From Podarcis pityusensis (taxonomy: Eukaryota), in assembly GCA_964106645.2 (NCBI GenBank), contig OZ067052.1: a DNA stretch of 64,000 bases, one strand, 5' to 3'. The notes beneath the pieces were generated by a model. It was given only the letters and a program-made list of their open reading frames with translations, ran no database searches and was not told the DNA's origin. The position numbers were made by a program, and so were the translations under genes. Of the stretch, positions 23,253-36,100 are shown piece by piece. Positions within the stretch are counted from its first letter, which is position 1. Every line of letters begins with the position of its first letter.

Positions 23253-26200
23253 CTGGAAAACCAAGGAAGCTTTGGAAAATAAAATGTATGACACACACAC
23301 ATTGCTAGCTATTAATAGCACACTTGGTGGTGGGAAGGCACCAAAACAGGCCTAGCCACAGAGAGAGTGAGGGTTTCTAAGACTCCCTAGATATGCAGGG
23401 GGGGAAATGGAACATTAAGGGCAGTTGAACATCACTTATAGGGAAAGGGGAACAAAAAAGAATTTGACAGGGAGGGCTGGCCTGCTTAAAGCCCCTGGTC
23501 GCTTATTGTATGCTTGAGGGGGTGGGGAAGTGCTAAGGCAGCTGGTGGGGAATGGGGAGGGTCTCCTTGGTTTAAAAGTGCTGGCACATGCCTTTGCTGC
23601 CTCAGCTGGGATCCCTAATCCATCCTGCCCTTTCCTCCCCCAGAACTGGAGCGCTCAGCCAATGCAGAATTAAATGGACCCAGACAAAGCTGCTGCCTGA
23701 GTAGCATAATTAGTCGATGGCTCTGAGTGCTCTCTAATTCAATTAGCAGCACCATTTATCAAAGCCAACTGAGAGTTACCACGGCACTGGCTGACGTCAA
23801 TGGGGGACTCTTTGTGTCCCAGAAGCCTCTGGTTCAGCAAGCATGAATCGAGCAGCCAGGGTCATTCAGTTTCCCAGAGAAGAGGAACAGTAGTTGTGAG
23901 AAAGATAAAACGCACTCGTCAGGCAGCAAGCGCAGAGTGGCAGCCCAGTGCAGCAGCCCCCACTGGCTCTCCTGTGTTTGTGCCCTGGTCCCTCCTACCC
24001 CAGCCTCCAAGCCCAAAATGTTACTTGAAATCCCGTTTCTCAGCTACAGCCCTGCTATATTACTACATTTACACAAATAGTTTCAAGCGCAGAATTGTGG
24101 CACTCTCAGGTACAGAATGCAGCAGGAGCAGCTAAACTTAAGGCCCACCCATGTAGAAATTCCCTGAGAACACTGAGCAGTGGTCATGGTCAGTCGGGTG
24201 GTTTTTGATTTACACAGTGCCTGGAGACCACAAAGGGGGACAGAGAAACAGACAGTTGTTAGTCCGCATTCTCCCTGAGGGTTCAGGAGTTAGGCAGCTG
24301 GCTGCGCTGCAGTGGAGGTCAGCCGGGCTGAGAGAGGGGCAGCCAGCCAGAGGTTCGAGTCCGTTTGCAAGCAGCCACGTGACCTCCCCTCTCCCTCCAT
24401 CTCCTCGGTCAAATTCCAGTCTCTGAAAACAGCCAATAGCTATTAACAGATCCATTCCTCTGCACACACCCGCCACTCTCTCTTTTTGGAACCGCTATGT
24501 TTGGATCAACGGAGCAGCTGCCAGATCTAGAGGCTGCCAAAATCCAGCATGCCCCCGGCTCTCGCTCTTCCTCCCTCTGAACCAGGAGCAAGCAGTAACC
24601 AGCTGTCACTGCTACAGGCAAGTCAACGGAGGGTCTTCCACCAGGTTCCCATAAAAAGGAAGGCGTGGAAAGGGCTCAGGGCTTCAATTCATGCTTGCTG
24701 CTTAGAATATTTAGGGATTAAACATATGCCAGGACTGAGCCCCAGTAACTTTTCAGTTTTTAAGCCCCCATTTTCCTTTGGAACATATAAAATAATGAAA
24801 GTGACACTTCCTCTGAGCATGTGCAGAACACGTACTGCAGAACAGACACATCTGACATTTGAGGGAAGGATTTCCCCAAGGTGAGGAAGGGCAGACTGAA
24901 GGTCAGATGTCTTCCTTTTCAGAAACTAAAGCACTGGAGATATTTGTCTCACTGTCAATGCATTTCTATATGTTTTGAGAGTGCATAAGCCAAACCACAG
25001 TGAAAAATACCACTTCATCGCACACAGAATTATTGCCAGGCTGTACAAGCTATGGAATATTTAACACAATGTAATTTCTTCAGATTCAGTATCGGCAGAA
25101 GTGGCCAAGGATGGAAGCAGCTGCTTCAGATGCTGCCTCTCTGGGTCGCCAGCACAGTCAGCTGCACCTCCTCCTGCCACCCCCCCCCCCAGCTGCCAAT
25201 TGAGATACTCCAGCAAGCTGGTAACCTATTAACACATCTCCCACTGCCACCTTCCTTGGGGAAATTCTCGCAGAGCTGGCTTCCCATCCACCCACTCATC
25301 AAGCTTTTTATTTATTTTTTTAAAATAACAATTCTCGATCACACTCTTATCTTTTAAAATATATAAAGAGAAATGCGTGGGGAGTGCTGGGGAAGCCAGA
25401 CAGCTGGTGAACACTTCGGAGGAGCCAGACATGTCGCAGCCGTCAACGTGAGGCTGGAAGGGGAAGAGGAAGTGGATTGCATGGGACCCGAAATCCCACC
25501 CTCAGTTGTCTCATGAGGCTGGCAGATCTTTCCTGAAAGGTGAGCCCCCCTGGGACCAGTAGACTTGGGAGCAAAACTTCAGCCAGAACAGTTGGTGAGA
25601 GGAGGAAGAGGATGACACAGGGGAAATGCAAATTTAGAAGTGAGGGGATGTGATTAACTTCACACCTCAGTAATCTTTTTAGCAGTCAACAACTCACTTG
25701 CAAGGGAAAGGGGGGAAGGAAGGAAGAAGAGTGCTGCTGGCTGCCAACAGTCCTCCCTGCTGGGGGGGAATTCCTTCCTTCTCAACCTCTAGCATGACTC
25801 AAACCCTGGACCAAGTCATCCCAAAAGGAAACTTTATTGAAAATCCACCAGCAGTGCAGGCTGTTGCCATTCCAAACATCACCGTCATAAGGAGCAGACA
25901 GAGCAGGTGCAGTTTGCCTGTGCAGGTTAAGAGTGCGCGCACACACACACACACACATGGCTACTGCTCCCTTTTTCAGGTAACGACTTTTCCATCCCTC
26001 CCTCCCCAAAAGATGCAAGTTCCCTAATTGAGTTTTGAAGATCCCTAAATAGGCAGAATACGCCCCCTATAGCCCTCCTTTCCCCCTTGTGCTTTTCAGC
26101 ATCTTACCTTGAACTATCCAGGAAAGGCTTGTAAGCAATACTGATCCATTCTTCCCTGTTAGCTGCATACCGTGGCTCCCTGGGTGCTTCAGTTACAGTG

Positions 26201-27097
26201 TCTAAATCCACCAGGTAATGGCATTTGGAAATGTCAAACTGGAAGGGAGAGAGGACATTTTGGGTTGGTTCCCATCTCCTACAGGGATGCAGCTCACACA
26301 GCATCAGGACTCCTGCTCTTTGCAGGGACAACATCTCCTTGCCTGCCTCATCAGTACAAGAACAACAATTGGGATGCTTTTCTGCGTTACAGCTGTCTCA
26401 CATATGCACATTTGGGCCACAGGTTGTACTGTGCATAAGAGTTTACATTTTTAGGACCTGGGTGTATCTATTCTGCTTGCATCCTGTGACAACTTGGTGA
26501 CAGAAGTTACGTTTTGTTTTGTTTTAAATACTTGAGTGTCCAGGCACTTATCACGGAAACAGCTTTGTCCAATGCAGTGGTGTCCCCCAGCTATGGCTGC
26601 TTATGTTTAAACAGGTACACAGGAATCCCCCACATGCTAAAGAGAAGTTCTGTCCTGAAAGAAATCAAGAGTGCTGTTTCCCATTGGGCACAGCAAGCGT
26701 GTCCTTTCCAAGGTACCAGAGAGAGAGAGAGAGAGAGAGAGAAGATGCCACTTACGTATCTGGAGGGCTCTTCCTGGTTTTGGTCGTTCATGTCTGTTGG
26801 AATGATGCGAGTGGCCATTGGTCCCTTGGCAAATGGTTTTGGCAACTGGCCCCTGAACTCTGATGGAATGAACTGAAGCTGCCAACTGCAGGGAGTAAGA
26901 GGGAGGGGGTGATATTAAACCCTGTGGGCTTTTAACTTGCAAGCAAAACGCCACAGCAATAACCCAGCAAGGCAAAGGCTGTGAACACAGCTTGGGGTTG
27001 CCAGCTGTCCGCTACAGAGCAGCTCACTGTAATCTGCAGGCCACAGGATGAGGATGTGCCTGTGATTCCTTCGTGGGTGAATGAGGATTTGGGAGTG

Positions 27098-27139
<42 letters not shown>

Positions 27140-30100
27140 ATGTTCACAGTCCCATTATCATTAACTGCTCTTCATGTTACATATTCTAGGGGCTTCCCTC
27201 ATCAGAGGGCTGCAGACCATGGGGAAATGGAATGCTGCAGTTGTGACATTGTGAGGGGGGCAGTGAGAGGGGGAAACATACAACACTCCTGAGAGTGCAA
27301 AGAGAACAAAGGCCAGAGTCAGGAAAAAGGGGAAACAAACAGGCTCCTGTAGGTACATAGCCTTGCTAAATTCACATTTTGCCTACAAGCGCCAAGAAAG
27401 TTTGCAGCTCAGGTATCATTCGGAGCCCATCTGCTGCAACAGGGTCAGAGCAACCCTGGCAGAAGGTGCTTCAGTGGGGCAGGAGATCCAGAAAGCCTTT
27501 TTGTCCTTGATGCTCCTTAACACATGCTCCAGTGACTCCAAGAACACAGCCCTCGGCTGCTGCCTGAGCCCTAATCACTGGCAAGGCCAGAACTAATCCC
27601 AGCTCTTGCAACGCTGCAGCAGTTTTGACGTAGTCTTGGGCGAGTTTTGTTCCTCTTAATCATCAATCCCTTGTGACGGTGTTGGGATTTAATGCCTCAT
27701 TCTCTTTCTCTCTTTTTTTAAAGGTGTGGGGGGGGGGAAGATATCCATCTGGCGCATTATGGTCTAGGTACCGTTAGGTTATTAAACCCTTGAATTTACA
27801 GCTACAGTAACGTCTGTGCAGGCAAAGCTGCCTCGGTTTGAAGCTGAAGGGGCAGGCATAAGCACAGCCTGACGTGAGCATCAGTGTCACCATGAAAAGC
27901 TAAACGCAAAGCTGTGCTAATCAGTAGCACACACAACACACCCAGCCAAAAAAATCCCACTTAAAATTCTGTCTTCAGCCAAACCAAAGTACATTACTGT
28001 AGGAGCTGGATTTGGCCATCTGCACTACCTGAGTAAATCTGAATCATGTCTCATCTTTTGAAAAGTCATTTTCTGCAATTATTTGCATAATGGATGCAGA
28101 TGAGGGGAGGAGCAAGGAGCTCACAGAAGCTCCTGTCTCCTTTGTATTGCCATGAGGCCTAGAAACCTTGCTTTGTGCATTTTTTTAAATCCTGAAGTGG
28201 GTTTTATAGGAAACTGAATTCTGCTCCTAATTCCACATTCTGCATTTTTTTCCTGCAGTCCTGCAAAATTACTTGTTTCATAAATTTATTTACTGCTTGA
28301 TTGTAAAAAAACAAACAAACATGCGCAAAGCAGTTTACAAAAAGAATTGAGCAATAAATATATTAGAAAAATAAAATAAAATGAGACATTTGAAAAATTA
28401 AACCTGGCAATAAACCAAAAACACATCAAAATTGCAACCTCAACACAACACAACACTGCCCAGTGTTTAGGTCACAATGTCCAGGTCCTCTCTCCATCTC
28501 ACCGGCCTCAACACCTTCCTTTGATTCCTGCAGTGGCCAAAAGCAACCCAGTTCTCATCACCATTAGTGAGCCTGGGGGAACTTGGCCATTGCAGCTGCT
28601 AATGAGGTTCTCTCACAAACTATGGAAAACAGCAGCAGATCCTGGTTTCAAATCTTGGTTAAGAGGCAACCTTACTTAAAAGCTGGCAAACCTGGGAGCC
28701 AGAGGAGGGCATTGTTCCATAGTCCTCAGTCTTCTGTTGCTGTGTGATCTACTTTGAAAACTGAGAATGTAAAAAGGGCTCTGATGAATTAGGACAAAGG
28801 CCCATCTAGTCCAGTGACCAACCAGATCCCCATGGGAAGCTCTCAAGCAACACATGAGCATAGCAGCAGCATTCTCCCCTCCTGCGATTCCCAGCACCTG
28901 GTATTCAGAGGGGAAACTGCTGCTTGTTTGTTTTTAACTGCTGCTGGTTTGGCTAGTTAGTTTTTGTTTCTAAGCAGCATTTTCTCTTGTTTTTAGGTTT
29001 TACTTTTATCTTGTGCTGCATTAATTTTGTATAAGCCACCTCATGTGCTTTTGGAGGAAGATGGGGCATAAATGACCTGGAAGGCTGACAATGTTGAGCA
29101 GCTGGCATGGACACCGCTCCACCCAAGTATTTACTCCTGGTGTATGCTCAAATTGGTTATCTATGGTGATGAACAGCACCTGCATCCTTATGGGATAAAC
29201 CCTGTTTGTGTCTTGACTTACTTATCTGGCAAGAGGAAACTGCTGGGGAAACGGTGCCATTCCTTCCCCACACAAACATGAACCGGCCTCCCCTCTGGCA
29301 CTGTGTGGATTGTGGGATCAGTGGCGATTCTGTGGAATTCTGGGTACAGGTCAAGGGGCCCATGGTAACCTAAGAGGAAGAGACACTGCAAGTGAAAAAA
29401 AAAAGGAAGAAGAGTTGGCTGTGCCTTTGTGCCTAAACAATTTTAGGAACCCCTTCAAGTCAGCATGAGCTTCCCTGAGCTATGATGAACTGCGAAAATG
29501 CCCTTCCCTTGCACTCACCAAAGAGAACCAGAAATTTACACTTTGGAAACTGCCTTGTAAGGAGCCAAGCCACCGGCCCATATAGCTCAGCATCTTATCT
29601 ACTCGGGATAGAAAACTTCCGGAATATTGGACTACACCACCCAGCATCTCTGACCATTGGTAATGATGACTGGGGCTGATGGGAGTCGGAGTCCAACAGG
29701 CTCAGACCAGCAGTGGCTCTCCAACATTCAGTCAGAAGTCAAGACTCTCCCAGTCTTACTTGAAATGCCAGAGACAATATCTAAACCAGGGACTTCCTCA
29801 GTTTCTTAGCCACTATGCCACACCAGCTCTCATAAGGCCTCTTAACTTCAAAAGGGGCTCCTGCATGTGCTTTGCTAAGCATCCTAGGTTAGCTACCCAA
29901 TTTCAGAACACATTTGAAGTATTTTACATTAAATCCCAAAGGCTCTGGGTAGCACACAGTATCCTTAAATCAGGAGAGAAGCAAAAGGGGCAGGAGAGAA
30001 AGAATCAAAAGAGTTGTTAAAATCTCGTGACTACCACCAATATTAACCACCAGCACAGACCAAAAGGCCTGAAAGACTCCCAAAAGATGGCTAGGCTCAG

Positions 30101-33100
30101 ACTTTGGCAAATGGAAATTCCAAAGTTGTGATTCAGCTACCAAGAATGCCATTCTCCGCAGATGGCATGCTGATGGTCAGGTGTCTCCTGCTCCATGGTT
30201 TCTGGATAAGGGAGGAGTAAGGTACCCCTGAAATGCATTACAATGTTTGTTTGTCCACCTCTGACTAATAAGCAGCAGGACAGCCTCTCCAGAACCAACC
30301 TCTGAACAAAGCTACAGAGCGCGACAAGGACAGGAGCCCAAAGACAAAGATGGTCCCCAGGGCCAGCCAGTTTGAAGAGACAGTGTAGTGCTCCAGGCGG
30401 TAACGTTGAAATATGAAGTGGTAACATTTCTATGGAAGGGGAGAGAGAAAAGTAAAATATGAATGTCATTTAGACTACAACAAGAGGAGGGGGGAATAGA
30501 GCTCATTTCAATAACCCAGTGGAGGAAGAGGGTGGCTACTGCAAATAAACCTCTAACAGCCTTTCCATAAAATTATACTTCTGCACAAGTTCGGTAAACA
30601 CAAAGCGGAATGGGATGGTGCAGCTGGCGCTTTCCAGATGCTGCCATCATCCCTGGCCACTGGGGCTGAAGGAGTTGTGGCTCAAAACATCTGGAGGGTA
30701 CTGGGTTGGCAAAGGCTGCACCGGAGCATCACTGGGAGACAACAGGGTGGACTTACTTTGGTGCCAGCTGCCCACCTTTATACTTTTTTTGGCACAACCC
30801 CAGACCAACTTTGTGAGCAACCAGCCCAGGACTCCTATGTGCAGCTGGGACCACAGGAAGACAAAAGCTCCTTGTGTGTTCCTGGATAGCACAGATTCCT
30901 GCAAACCTCTCTCTCTCTCTCTCTTTTACTATTGCTTCATGTCAACTCTTGAGGATACATGGAAAGCTCATGCGTCAAGTTGGGAACTCAGAGCAATGCG
31001 GTGAAGGGGGAACCTCCTAGCATGAACATAGCTTTGCTTAGGTGTGGGCCCTCTCCACCTGCACCCACACTCAGCCATCGCCACCCCCAAACGCACCTGA
31101 AGGGCAGAGAGTCCTACAGCACCACATAGGCAAATGAGGGGGTAGATGGGATACAGAAACCTCTCTTCTTTGTGAGGCTGGCTGAAGAAAATCAGGATCC
31201 AGATGTACATGGGAGAAAGTGTCAGCCAGTAAGGCCGTCCCAGATTCTGAACTGGAAGAAAAAAAAAAAAAAGGGGGGGGGTTAGCTCCAGGATGGGAGA
31301 GGCTCAAGGACAAGCAAGGCATTTGGATCAGGACCCCACCACACCCTTATCTTGGAATGCAGCGCTTTGCTGTTTATTTCAGGTCTCTGTTGGGCTTTTG
31401 GGTGGGGAAATCTGATGCGGGCTACATAGGCTGCGTACACACTATGCCTTTAAAGCACATTTGATGAATGTTTTCTCCCTCAAAGAATTCTGGGAAATGT
31501 AATTTGTTAAGGGCTGTTGGAATTGTAACTCTGGGAGAGTGCCCATAATTCTTTTAGGGAAATAATGAATGTGCTTTAGAGGTATACACAGTCACACATG
31601 AAGGACCTGTAACTCAAAAGACCACCACTGGCAGGGGAGGATCACTCCTTCATGCTCTGTTTGTGAGCATCAATCTGGCTGCTGCTAGAAATGGAAAGCT
31701 GGGCTAAGGAAACCCTTGGCCTCTTCCAGCAATGCCCCTCTTGCATCCTTATCATCAGGCATGACCCAGCTTTATGGAGCTTGCTTTATGGAGCTCCGAC
31801 GTGAACCCTGAGCTGCATAGGTACAGTGCCTGGTACACAGCTACTAAATACATCTCAAAGCCACCCGATCTTGGGCAAAGGTAAATGATTAATGCCTATA
31901 CCTCAAATTTCACAAATAAATACTTTCCCCCAGGCTTATAAGCAGAGTGATAGGAAAAACGAGAACAGTCTTTGATTTACCAGCTACCTGCTAGGTGCTG
32001 TAGAAGTTCATCCAAAGGGGAATTCTAAGGAGCCTAAGATGTTGAAAGAAAAATGTGCTTGCTTAGGGGCGGGCACTTCTAAAACCTCCAATGCTTTGTT
32101 ACGGCAGCAACAGAGTACACCGAGAACTCTGAACGCACATTCTCTCTCTTGAAGGAAAACAAAACCAAGGCACTCCCTTGTCTCCCCTCGAATGAAGCAG
32201 GAAGTCATTTATTTGGAAGTAACAGCAATTACTTCAATTTGCAAGGGCTGCAGAGGCAGCTCAATATATGTCAAAATCCTGAATTGCCCCCAAAAGGAAA
32301 AGCTTGGGGTGTTAAAGCAAATCAGGATTGCACAGCGCTTCACAAAGCCCGTGAGAACAAGGCGTGCAACTGAAGGGACCCCCCCTGCCGCCGCTTCGGG
32401 ACACAATCTGCTAAGCAGAAAGGCATGAAATGGGTAGTTACAGGAGCCTCCACTACTGGGCTTGGCTGGCAAGAGGCCTTTATGTTTCCCACAGTGCATG
32501 CGGCGCCCTCTGCAGAACGTGAGCGCTTAGTGCACTCTAGTGGACATCCCTGGAAGTACAAGCCTTCATTTCAGAGATGGGCAAGACAGAAAGACAAGCA
32601 TGGCCCACCAGTGGACCACTAGTCAGTATCTGGCAGACACCCCCCTCCCCAGTGCCCCACTGGTTTCTGGGATTTTGTTTGTTTGTTTGTTTCAAAACAA
32701 AGAATGCTGGAGTTTTTCAGAGCTTGGTCTGATCCAGAATAGCACTCCTTGTGCTGTTAAGCAGGTGAGCCTTCTCAGGAACACCTAGCAGGAACAAGTT
32801 ACGCCTTAACCGTTTAGGGATCTGGAGTATATGCTCCCACTTTTAAAAAAATCACTCACATCAGTGACCTCCAGGGATGCTAGTAACAAGTAAATACATT
32901 GGGCCGCAGCAGAGTGAAGCCAGCCCACCCCTGTGGAAGACCAGGCTGGGGGATGTTTCGAGTTCCTCTATCCTCGTGGTGTTTTTCAAAACTAAAATGT
33001 GCAAAGAAAGAACTTGCGTGTCTGCCCTGTGGCAAAGCTGGGCTGCTGCCATTTGCAAGTTGTTTAACTTCTATAAATACTCGATAAGCAAGCCTGCAGC

Positions 33101-36100
33101 TAGCAAAGAAATTTAAAATAAATAAATAAATAAACAAACATTTCTGAGGCATCAGGGCAGTAGGGGACCAGGCAGGGGTTGTGGAGGCAGGCTTGATGCT
33201 TTGTTAAAAAAGCAGTCCTGATTGGAGAACTGGTGCCCTTTGATAGCACACAGCCACTGACATACAGAACAAGAATTTCAGAAAGGGGGGAGAAGAAAAC
33301 AGAAAGCAGTGAGGCTGCATGTGCAAGGCACACTTTATTCATGTTAACTACTTATACTCTGCTTTTAAATTTAACAAAAAGCTTCCAAGGTGAGTAACAG
33401 CCACCAGCACTAGCCAGAGAAGAGGATACAAGGAGTTGCAGGCAGGCATCAAAGTTCCTGCTCCCCAGCCATTGGAAAGTCCCGCTTGGAATTCCAGGAT
33501 TCCAGCAAAAGCCACCTAGAACTTCTAATGCTTTTCTGTCCATCATAAGGGCTAGAATCCTACTTCAATTTTTTGTGGTGGGTAATAGCAGGTTCTCTGT
33601 ACATGAAATTCCGCCTGAGGTTCCCTGACTGCCCTGCCCTTCTGCGGCTGCTCTGAACACTTGCAGTCAGGAAGGATTTGGACAATTCCACCAAATGAAG
33701 TTGCGCTTGCAAGCAAGCTGTCGCCTGACAGTCATACCGTAGCTTCCAGCTGAGCTCCAAAAACACACCGCAGCACTCACCGTGAAATTTCTGCAGCAGA
33801 CTTTCCATGAGGGAGGTCAGGGGTAAGGCCAGGAGTGCCAGCACAAAGGCCACGTTGAAGTTCAGAAAGCCATTTATGAAGTAGAAAGACCAGGGCTCTG
33901 TACCTAAGGGAGGCAAAGAGAGAAGAGAAAATTGGGGAGGGGGGTGTTGCAAAGGTGTAATATTTCCAGACTCCTGAAGAAGCCTCGTGATGCCCTTCTG
34001 CAGTCAGGGCCTATCACCTGAGACAGAGACTCTCCAGGGCAATAGCAAAGTTCTGGACCCAGCAATTCCTCAGGACTCTCCAGAACATAAAGAGCAGCCC
34101 TCTAGCCAAAAGGTCCAGCAGATGCCTCTAGGAATCCCACATGCTGGGCCTGAATGCCACAACTTTCCCCCATGGTTCCTCCCCAGCACCCATTATTTAA
34201 AGATATACTGCCTCCAGAATTGGTGGCTTCCTATAGCCATCAAAACCAATAGCCATTATATCCTCCTCACACATTACTTTTTATTTTTTAAGCTCCTTGC
34301 TTATTTGCTTGTTTTAAGTGTTCACCTAAGATGTAAATGTGACGTTCAGGTGTGAACATTCATATCGGACAGAGATGTTTGTCAAGAGAGCAGGGATGAA
34401 CTGCAGCTCAATTTTAAAGGGGGGCAAAACAACCCATAGTAAACACAGGCTCCTTGCTCGGCAACACCTGAAATGACAACTGGCAATCTGCAAATTTCAA
34501 CCAGGTATGGCATCTAGCAAGAGTCCAATTATTATTTTCGCCTCAGACTAGGTTAATACGTCCTGTAACATGCTGGCTGTAATTATTTATCATTGCTCCT
34601 TTTTCTTCACACATCAGCCTTCCCCAACATGGTGCCCTCCGGATGCTTCAAACTGCAACAGCCATGCCGGTTGGGGCTGATGGGAGTTGTTCTTCAAAAC
34701 ATCTGGAGGGCACTAGTTTGGGGAAGGCTGTCACACAGAGTCATGCAGAAAGGGAAAAGGGCGCCTTGCTCTTGGGGCCCTCAGCAATTCCAAGGCAGCT
34801 GACCTTCCCCCCACCCGCCATGGCAAAGAACGAACGGTTCTTCTTTCTCCTCCTCCACCCCTTTAATTCTTTAGCAAAGGTGCTTTCCCAATTTAGAAGG
34901 CTTGGCAGAGGCACAGGAGATTCAAGGGATTAGAATAGTTCTGGGGTAACACTGCATTGCGTAGTGGAGCTATAAAAAGCACGCAAGGAACAAAAGACAT
35001 CGCAGTTCCACCTCAATTTAGAACGATTCATCCAGCAGCTGGCTGCAGACAGCCCTGTGAAGCAGACAACCTTCCTGACTTGCTTCAGCTGAACTCTTCT
35101 TCTCCGTTAAGACCCATGGCTCTCTCAAGAACAAGGGCAGCCCCCCCCCCCTTTAAAGAGGTGCAGAAGGTTGCTGGAGGGAAAATGGGGTTTTCTTTAC
35201 CCTTCCTAGGCTAGCGTGTATTTGGGGAAGTCATGATCCACGACAGAGGAAAGTCAACAGCACAAGGGCCAGTGAGACAATCATCTATTTGTGGGGGTTT
35301 CTGAACTTGCAGGTGAACCTTCTCTAGGAACAAAGGCCTGTACCACCTGCCGCCTAGCAGAGACAAAAGTAGAAAGGATGACATTGCGTCTTTGCCTTGC
35401 TTTCGTCTCCTGGAGGGTTTCTTCAGTAGCAAATTGCTATGAGCTTTCGTATCTTTGGAGTGGGGCTTGTTAAGTTTTAGGCCAATATGGCCACCACGTT
35501 ACCCAATACTGTTCTAGCACAAGGTAAGAGCATTGCCACTGCTATGTGGATTATCAAGCAGCATTAAGGCATGGAAGCTAAGAAACACTCCAGTAATGCC
35601 AAGAGCCAAGGTCACACTCACTTTAGTCCTCATTGCTTCCTGAAACTAAACCCAAGATTACATTCTTCTCTTACTTCCTTGTCTCCATTTTCCTCTCCTC
35701 TGTCAATTGCTATGTTTCTGCTTCTCTTCAAAATTTATATCTGATCCACTTTGGGCCTATGTTAGCCATGTATACTCTGAGTAGGAATAGCACTGGCTAA
35801 AACCCTTTAATCTTATCTTGGAAGTAGAAAGTATGATGCATTCAACCATATGGATAGTGACAGTGGATAATAAGGGGTTGCATGTACTGGATCAAAACAA
35901 GAGCATGGTGATGAGGTTTATGGGCAGCAAGAACAGATGACAGCAACATATCCCAAATTCCAAGGAGCTGGTGTCGCATTTTTCACAGCCTGGGTGACAA
36001 ATATAAATTCCAGCCCTGAGGAATAATTACAGGAAAAGGAAGAGAGTGTTCTTTTTCTGACCATCAGAAGTCCTCTTTTAAGCCTTGTTTTGTTTCCACT

